33,249 nt of DNA from a virus (taxonomy: Duplodnaviria > Caudoviricetes), in IMG/VR virus record IMGVR_UViG_3300023252_000177, positions 1 through 33,249 of that record; one strand, given 5' to 3'. Positions within the stretch are counted from its first letter, which is position 1, and each line of letters starts with the position of its first letter. Below the pieces are notes generated by a model. That model saw only the letters and a list, made by a program, of their open reading frames with translations, was not told where the DNA came from and did no database searches. Position numbers and translations under genes: made by a program. Positions 27,669 to 33,249 of the stretch are shown here, piece after piece.

Positions 27669-29320
27669 AACCGATTAAACGCCTGATGTTGTCCGGGGAT
27701 AGCGTGCCCCTGGTTGATTTTAATCTGGTGTTGGAGTTGAACGGCTGCGGACGCGGGTTTATTACCGCGCAGACGGATACCGATTACACCGGCAAACTGG
27801 TGCGCCTGGATGCCGGCTATACGGATAGCATTTTGCGTTGGTTTACGGGATATGTGGAGCGCGCGCAGCCGGCTGATACAGGTTCACAGCGGCTTTTTGT
27901 GCGGGAGTTGGCCGGCGTGTTTGAAAGGTTATGGCCGTGTTCCTTCCAGCATCCGACGCTGCGCCAGGTGGCCAAGTGGCTGGAGGAAAACAGCGGGTTA
28001 ACTGTCGCGTTGCCGGCGCAGGCGGATTACCTGGACAAGCCGATCCCCCATTTCACCCATAGCGGGACGGGTTACCAACTGTTGGCCAATCTGGGGCCGG
28101 CGTTCGGGGTGCCTGATTACGTTTGGCAACCGCTGCCGGATGGTGGCGTGTTCCTGGGCAGTTGGGCGCATTCCATGTTTGCCGGCAAGCCGGTAGATAT
28201 TCCCGCCGAGTTTAGCCAGGCGCGCGCCGGCGGCAACAGCATGACTTTGCCTATGGTGCAAGCCTTGCGGCCTGGTGTAGTGGTCAATGGCCACCGGCTT
28301 TCGAGTGTTCGCCTGGAGAATGACGACACCACGATCACCTGGTTGGCCAAAAATCCGTTAACGGGTAAATCAGTGGCCATGACGCCGGCACAGCGCCAGA
28401 TTGATGCCGCTTACCCGGAACTGTCTGCGGGTTTGCACCTACCCAAATTCGCCAGGGTAGAAGCCCACGCGGAGGGCGTCAGCAGCGGCGACCTGGCCGA
28501 TCCATTCCGGCCACGTTATGCCGTCGATTTGCAGTTGTTGGACGCCGACGGCCAGCCGGCAAAAAATACGCCGATTTACCCGGCAGTGCCGCTACCGTTG
28601 CCGATGGCGGGCCAGGATTCGGGCATGTTCCAGTTTCCACCAGTGGGAACGCTGGTTGAGGTGGCGTTTACTGATGGGCGACCTGATAAGCCGTTTATCC
28701 GTCAGACGCTGGCCCAGGGCAACACGCTGCCGGATGTGAAACCCGGCGAGCAGCTACAGCAGCAGCGGGAAGAAGTCTCCCAGCGGGTTACCCAGGCAGG
28801 GGATTGGGAACGGAAAACCGACCAGGTGATCCGTGAAAGTTCCATGACCAGGGAGATCCAGGCCGACGAAGAAGCCCGCACCCTGGTGGCCAGGACTACA
28901 ACGGTGCAGGCCACGGATAAAACCACGGTGCTAGGCACGTCCACCTTGCTGGCCGGTGCAGTGCAGCACATTGCCGAGGGGGATTACAGCGTAGCTACCC
29001 AGGGTAATTTGGTGGCCAGCGTGGGGAAGGATGCCACCACGGCAGTGGCCGGCAGCCTGATGGAGAAGATAGGCAAAATCCGTAGCAGTATTGCGGCAGT
29101 GCGTCAGGATGTTATTGCCCCGGTGGTGTGGGTAGGTAGCCAGCAAATCAACGTGATGGCGCTGATGCTGGAAACCCTGGATGTGGTGCAGGAGCTGGCG
29201 CAGCAGACCGCCGAACATACGCACAGCAATACCGGCGGGCCGCAGAACGCCGACGCTATCAGCGCAGCCGGCACGAAGTCTGGCCAACTGAAAACCAAGT
29301 ATGCGCCAGTGATTGGATAG
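27665..29320 (+). CDS. HP1-type terminal tail protein, probable baseplate hub/spike fusion
   Basis: PPVGTLVEVAF OB-fold-like motif, beta-repeat region and C-terminal HTH (His-Thr-His) tip motif as in spike proteins. Confidence 0.7.
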   Translation: MKPIKRLMLSGDSVPLVDFNLVLELNGCGRGFITAQTDTDYTGKLVRLDAGYTDSILRWFTGYVERAQPADTGSQRLFVRELAGVFERLWPCSFQHPTLRQVAKWLEENSGLTVALPAQADYLDKPIPHFTHSGTGYQLLANLGPAFGVPDYVWQPLPDGGVFLGSWAHSMFAGKPVDIPAEFSQARAGGNSMTLPMVQALRPGVVVNGHRLSSVRLENDDTTITWLAKNPLTGKSVAMTPAQRQIDAAYPELSAGLHLPKFARVEAHAEGVSSGDLADPFRPRYAVDLQLLDADGQPAKNTPIYPAVPLPLPMAGQDSGMFQFPPVGTLVEVAFTDGRPDKPFIRQTLAQGNTLPDVKPGEQLQQQREEVSQRVTQAGDWERKTDQVIRESSMTREIQADEEARTLVARTTTVQATDKTTVLGTSTLLAGAVQHIAEGDYSVATQGNLVASVGKDATTAVAGSLMEKIGKIRSSIAAVRQDVIAPVVWVGSQQINVMALMLETLDVVQELAQQTAEHTHSNTGGPQNADAISAAGTKSGQLKTKYAPVIG

Positions 29321-29443
29321 GGTTGTTAATTGATCGTTCGCGCCGATCGATAGCGGGTAATTGATCTACACAACCAATTATCAATTGGCCCCATAACAGT
29401 GTAGAAATTAAGCAGCAGTACATAACAGCACCAGGGAATACCG

Positions 29444-29465
29444 GCCCGCCTCGCGCGGGCTTTTT
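29444..29465 (+). terminator. Intrinsic terminator after the late tail operon
   Basis: GCCCGC-CTCGC-GCGGGC-TTTTT. Confidence 0.8.
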
Positions 29466-29619
29466 CATGCCTGCCATTTGGCGCGCCTGTGCGCGCCGCT
29501 AAGCCCTCAATCACTTCAGATACAAACCCACTCCACCCAATCCGATCACCGCAGCAGCGAGCCGCCAGCGCGGCAGAAACCCCACGGAATCAACGTCACC
29601 CCCACGGAAACGGCACTAC

Positions 29620-29780
29620 ACCGCACCCGCCTGCACGATTTGGATCAGGAAATTATTTCAGTTTTGATTTTCTACAAACTACCCCGCCAGGCCGCGTTGT
29701 GCCTGGGGCTTTGCGAGTAAACCCAAACTGAAAAGATTGAAAAGAATTTCATGTTATTTCAGTTTTTGGATCGCAGGATA
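29620..29780. other. Putative cos/packaging region
   Basis: Non-coding; TTTCAGTTT (29656) and AAACTGAAA (29725) inverted around a GC-rich dyad CCAGGC..GCCTGG, third copy near 29757; position after tail genes as in HP1-type phages. Confidence 0.45.
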
Positions 29781-30005
29781 TTGTACTATCTATATATAAC
29801 TTATTAATTTTTATTGATATGTTGTGTTTTTGGTAAGGTCTGGAAAAGGAAGGTCGGATCACGGTTGGCTAAGAAGCCCATCATAAAAGCCTTACAATAC
29901 AAGGCATAACGAGTACAGCGCCTAAAGAGTTGCACTGAAAATTTGCGACTAGAGAGTTATCCGAATCGCACGGTTAGAAAAGAGATGCTGAGGAGTACAC
30001 AGAAT

Positions 30006-30557
30006 ATGATGGAATTTATTGAAAAACTCTCACCCGCATTAATAGGGTTTGCAGGTGCTTGGTTTGGTTCGCGGTGGGGTTTAGCAAAGTTTAAAAAGGA
30101 AAAATTCTGGGAGGCGAAAGTACAAGCTTATGGACAAATCATTGCTGCTGTAGAAAGTATAGCCTTTTGGGGACAGCAGGAAAAAATTGATTGGTATTGT
30201 GGTATTACGATTGGCCAAGACATCGAGCATCATTCAGATAAATTTCATTCAGCTATCAGACTAACCATGAAAATGGAACACACTGCTTCAATTTATTTAT
30301 CTAATAAATTCATTCAATTAATCAACGAATTCAATTTGGATGTTCAACAGGAGTATGGCTCTACGATAGAGGATTTACGCGGTGAAGATCCGCTGACAGC
30401 ATCACAATGTTTTGCTGACTTAGCGGGAACTATCAGTGATAAAGCCTACAGAATGTTGGATAGTTTAAATGCCCAGGCAGATGTGGATCTAAGTGGTTGG
30501 GTTGCTAATTTGTGTAAAACCCTTAAAGAAAAGTGTTGGCCCAATGCTCGCAGATAG
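30006..30557 (+). CDS. Accessory (moron) protein of unknown function with N-terminal hydrophobic helix
   Basis: AT-rich ORF, SD GAGGAG before ATG 30006; LSPALIGFAGAWFGSRWGL followed by basic KFKKEK. Confidence 0.75.
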   Translation: MMEFIEKLSPALIGFAGAWFGSRWGLAKFKKEKFWEAKVQAYGQIIAAVESIAFWGQQEKIDWYCGITIGQDIEHHSDKFHSAIRLTMKMEHTASIYLSNKFIQLINEFNLDVQQEYGSTIEDLRGEDPLTASQCFADLAGTISDKAYRMLDSLNAQADVDLSGWVANLCKTLKEKCWPNARR

Positions 30558-30605
30558 GGCAGTTACAACGATAAACGCTAATACCGAGTACCTCAATGAA
30601 TTTTC

Positions 30606-30690
30606 TGCCGCCACTTTGTCGCCATCACGTAATGATGTACCTTGCAGATCATTATTTAATAAGGTTATTTTTAAACGGCAACAAAAAACC
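30606..30690. other. Prophage attachment junction: integrase arm-type repeats running into the rybB 3' end
   Basis: Direct repeats TGCCGCCA (30606) and TGTCGCCA (30617) 11 bp apart, AT-rich spacer, then the rybB terminator. Confidence 0.6.
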
Positions 30691-30762
30691 CGATAGTCTT
30701 GAACCTAAAAAGGCGGGACTAACGGGCTCCACAAAATGGGGACATCAAAGAAAAGCAGTGGC
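30683..30762 (-). ncRNA. rybB: RybB sigmaE-dependent sRNA
   Basis: Minus strand GCCACTGCTTTTCTTTGATGTCCCCATTTTGTGGAGCCC...GGGTTTTTT; adjacent to ybjL. Confidence 0.95.
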
Positions 30763-30768
30763 ACTAAT

Positions 30769-30795
30769 TCAGACTACCCCCGGAAAGGAAAGTTC
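30769..30795 (-). promoter_or_regulatory. SigmaE promoter of rybB
   Basis: GAACTT-N16-TCTGA, 6 nt before +1. Confidence 0.9.
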
Positions 30796-30855
30796 TCGCC
30801 GGCGATAAAAATTTCAAAATATATTTGCCACTGATTCATCTTTGCTGCTTATCGG

Positions 30856-32544
30856 TTAGCCGAGTATCCCCGGCCATAACACCACAATCAACGAACCTGC
30901 CAGGGTTAACAATACGTTAGCTATGGCGTAGGTTCCGGCGTAGCCCAGCGCAGGGATGTTACTGCGTGCAGTATCGCTGATGATTTCCATTGCCGGTGCA
31001 CAGGTACGGGCTCCCATAATCGCGCCGAACAGCAAGGCGCGGTTCATGCGCAGCACATAGGCGCCAAACAGGAAGCAGATCACCACCGGCACCAGGCTGA
31101 CGATCAACCCGGCGACCAGCATCTGGCCACCGACGGCGCCGAGGCTGTGGCCGATGCCCGCTCCGGCGCTCAGGCCGACGCCGGCCATAAATACCATCAG
31201 GCCAAACTCTTTCACCATGTTTAACGCGCCCTGCGGAATGTAGCCGAAGGTCGGGTGGTTGGCGCGCAGGAAGCCCAGCATGATGCCGGACATCAGCAAG
31301 CCGGCGGCGTTGCCGATGCCGAACGAGAAATTGCTGAACTGGATGGTGATCTGGCCAATCATCAACCCGATGATGAAGAAGGAGCAGAAGGCCAACAGAT
31401 CGGTCACCTGGCTGTGGATAGAGATAAAGCCGATCTTCTCCGCCACGCTTTTCACCCGGCGCGCGTCGCCGCTGACCTGCAGCACGTCGCCTTTGTTGAG
31501 CACTATGCTGTCGTCAATGGGCATTTCAATCTGGCTGCGGATCACCCGGTTGAGGAAGCAGCCGTGATCGGTCAGCTTTAACTGGCTCAGGCGCTTGTTT
31601 ACCGCATTGCTGTTCTTGACCACGATCTCTTCGGTGACGATGCGCATGTCCAGCAGATCCCGGTCGAACACTTCTTTACCGTTGCGGAAGCTGGGGTCCA
31701 GCCGCGCGTGGGCGTCCGGGTAGCCGACCAGAGAAATCTCATCGCCCACCTGCAGCACCGCATCGCCATCCGGGTTCGCCAGAATGCCGTTGCGGCGGAT
31801 GCGTTCTATATAGCAACCGGTCTGGCGATAAATGCCCAGCTCACGCAGGTTTTTGCCATCGGCCCAGGCCACCAGCTCCTGGCCAACGCGATAGGCGCGG
31901 ATGACCGGCAGGTAAACCTTGCGCTGGCTGTCGGTGTCCAGACCGCGCTCGCGGGCAATCTGCTGGGCGGAGGTGGAGAGATCTTGATGTTGCAGCTTGG
32001 GCAGGTAGCGCGCGCCGAAGATCAGGCTCACCAAGCCAATCAGGTAGGTCAGGGCATAGCCGAGGCTCAGATGGTCCTGCGCCGCCAGCAGCGCCGGGCC
32101 GTTGACGATGGTGTTACGCAGCGTATCGCCTGCGCCCACCAGCACCGGGGTCGAGGTCATCGATCCAGCCAGCATGCCGGCGGTTAGCCCGATGTCCCAA
32201 TGGAACAACTTGCCAAGACCGATAGCGATCACCATCGCGGAGCCGACCATCACCAACGCCAGCATCAGGTAATTTTTGCCGTCGCGGAAAAAAATTGAGA
32301 AAAAGTTTGGCCCGGCTTCCACGCCGACGCAGAAAATAAACAGCATAAAGCCGAGATTCAGCGCTTCGGTGTTAATGGCGAAATGTTGTTGGCCCAGCAG
32401 CAGCGAAACCACCAAAACGCCAATGGAATTACCGAGTTGAACGGAGCCCAGACGAACTTTACCGAGGCATAGCCCCAGTGCGAGTACCACAAACAGTAAC
32501 AGGATGTAGTTACCGTTTAACAAACTAGCGACGTTTATGTTCAC
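30856..32544 (-). CDS. ybjL: YbjL, AspT/YidE-family transporter with TrkA-C domains (host)
   Basis: GTG start at 32544, [27 protein letters not shown]; many TM helices; GARTCAPA motif. Confidence 0.93.
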   Translation of the reverse strand: MNINVASLLNGNYILLLFVVLALGLCLGKVRLGSVQLGNSIGVLVVSLLLGQQHFAINTEALNLGFMLFIFCVGVEAGPNFFSIFFRDGKNYLMLALVMVGSAMVIAIGLGKLFHWDIGLTAGMLAGSMTSTPVLVGAGDTLRNTIVNGPALLAAQDHLSLGYALTYLIGLVSLIFGARYLPKLQHQDLSTSAQQIARERGLDTDSQRKVYLPVIRAYRVGQELVAWADGKNLRELGIYRQTGCYIERIRRNGILANPDGDAVLQVGDEISLVGYPDAHARLDPSFRNGKEVFDRDLLDMRIVTEEIVVKNSNAVNKRLSQLKLTDHGCFLNRVIRSQIEMPIDDSIVLNKGDVLQVSGDARRVKSVAEKIGFISIHSQVTDLLAFCSFFIIGLMIGQITIQFSNFSFGIGNAAGLLMSGIMLGFLRANHPTFGYIPQGALNMVKEFGLMVFMAGVGLSAGAGIGHSLGAVGGQMLVAGLIVSLVPVVICFLFGAYVLRMNRALLFGAIMGARTCAPAMEIISDTARSNIPALGYAGTYAIANVLLTLAGSLIVVLWPGILG

Positions 32545-32859
32545 GGAGGATAACTTATTGTTTACCAGTAAGTGCTTGATGTAGATGACTATAAGATATA
32601 AATTCAGTCGGAAAATGACGTCATAAATAACTAACCAGCGGAAGGCGATCCGAACCATCGATCGGCGGCGTATATTCTAGTCGCTATGGCGCGTGACAGC
32701 CAGCATTAAGCGGTGTTCCTGCGCTGCCGAACGCATTTAACTCTCTTTAGACCAAGGAAAAAGTTCAGCTCAGCGTTGTCGTTTACGGCAAGGCGTCACC
32801 TGTTTCGTGACACGGCTGATTTCTACGGGGTAGTGACGACGCTAAAGGGGAGTCTCCGC

Positions 32860-33249
32860 ATGGCGAATTATCGGTATTGGGTGGGCATTTTAAGCTGTTC
32901 TCTGCTGTTCAGCTTGGTGTTTCTCGGCCAACAGAGTGGGGCGTTCGGCAGCACGGATCACGAGCATCACGGTGAAACTGGCCTGCTGCTGTTTGTGATA
33001 CCCGGCATGATCGCCAGCTATTTGTCGAGCAAAAAACGGATCCTCTGTCCGTTGTTGGGCGCGCTGTATGCACTGCCGCTGTGCCTGACGATCCGCCATT
33101 TTTGGCTGACGCCGTTTTATTCGTTCTGGCAGGAACTGGCTTATGCCACCAGTGCGGTGTTTTGGTGCGTATTCGGTGCCATGCTGGCGCTGTTTGCGCG
33201 CAGCCTGCTGCAGGCGTTTCAGCCAGACCACCGCCGCGAACGGCAATAA
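32860..33249 (+). CDS. ybjM: Inner membrane protein YbjM (host)
   Basis: GLLLFVIPG, FWQELAYATSAVFWC; divergent from ybjL. Confidence 0.88.
   Translation: MANYRYWVGILSCSLLFSLVFLGQQSGAFGSTDHEHHGETGLLLFVIPGMIASYLSSKKRILCPLLGALYALPLCLTIRHFWLTPFYSFWQELAYATSAVFWCVFGAMLALFARSLLQAFQPDHRRERQ

Larger units (their letters stand above)
1..30690. mobile_element. P2-superfamily prophage, 186-like switch with HP1/K139-like morphogenesis genes; left end (int, other att) outside the window
   Basis: Continuous order cI-apl-cII-early genes-gpA-tum-ogr-portal-terminase-capsid-tail-lysis-tape measure-baseplate-fibre, ending at arm-type repeats next to rybB. Confidence 0.95.

Noticed and set aside
7740-29300. 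Many antisense or overlapping ORFs (e.g. 22820-23647, 12784-13371, 8400-8972)
   Set aside because: Expected shadows of GC-rich structural genes; no recognisable motifs
29259-29731. Short ORFs after the last tail gene
   Set aside because: They cross a terminator and repeat elements, use weak starts and lack protein-like features
30493-30808. ORFs 30493-30696 and 30596-30808
   Set aside because: They overlap att arm sites and run antisense to rybB
32545-32859. Extended N-termini of YbjL and YbjM
   Set aside because: Recognised N-termini begin at 32544 and 32860; the gap is the divergent promoter region

Overview
Most of the window (about 1-30690) is a P2-superfamily prophage. Its control region is 186-like (cI/apl/cII, tum) and its structural layout is HP1/K139-like (ogr behind portal, lysis genes inside the tail operon, DUF2586/DUF2597 sheath and tube). 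It abuts the 3' end of the host sigmaE sRNA RybB, followed by host ybjL and ybjM (Enterobacterales; Serratia-like by inference). The integrase and the other att site are not in the window. The main candidate system is an AT-rich two-gene cassette directly behind cI: a DUF262 (ParB-like) protein plus a HEPN RNase-like protein missed by the ORF track (708 to <1, minus strand). The HEPN protein ends in an in-frame 18-bp tandem-repeat (AEAIAE)n acidic tail. Other notable items: an orphan membrane-anchored moron next to att, an inverted near-copy of the RybB seed in the ybjL 3' UTR, a Dam/OxyR-like GATC element with no convincing downstream gene, a structured gpM-gpL intergenic RNA, a LexA-boxed mini-Tum overlapping ogr, and a -1 frameshift in the tail chaperone. 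All family assignments come from motif recognition and synteny; no database search was run.
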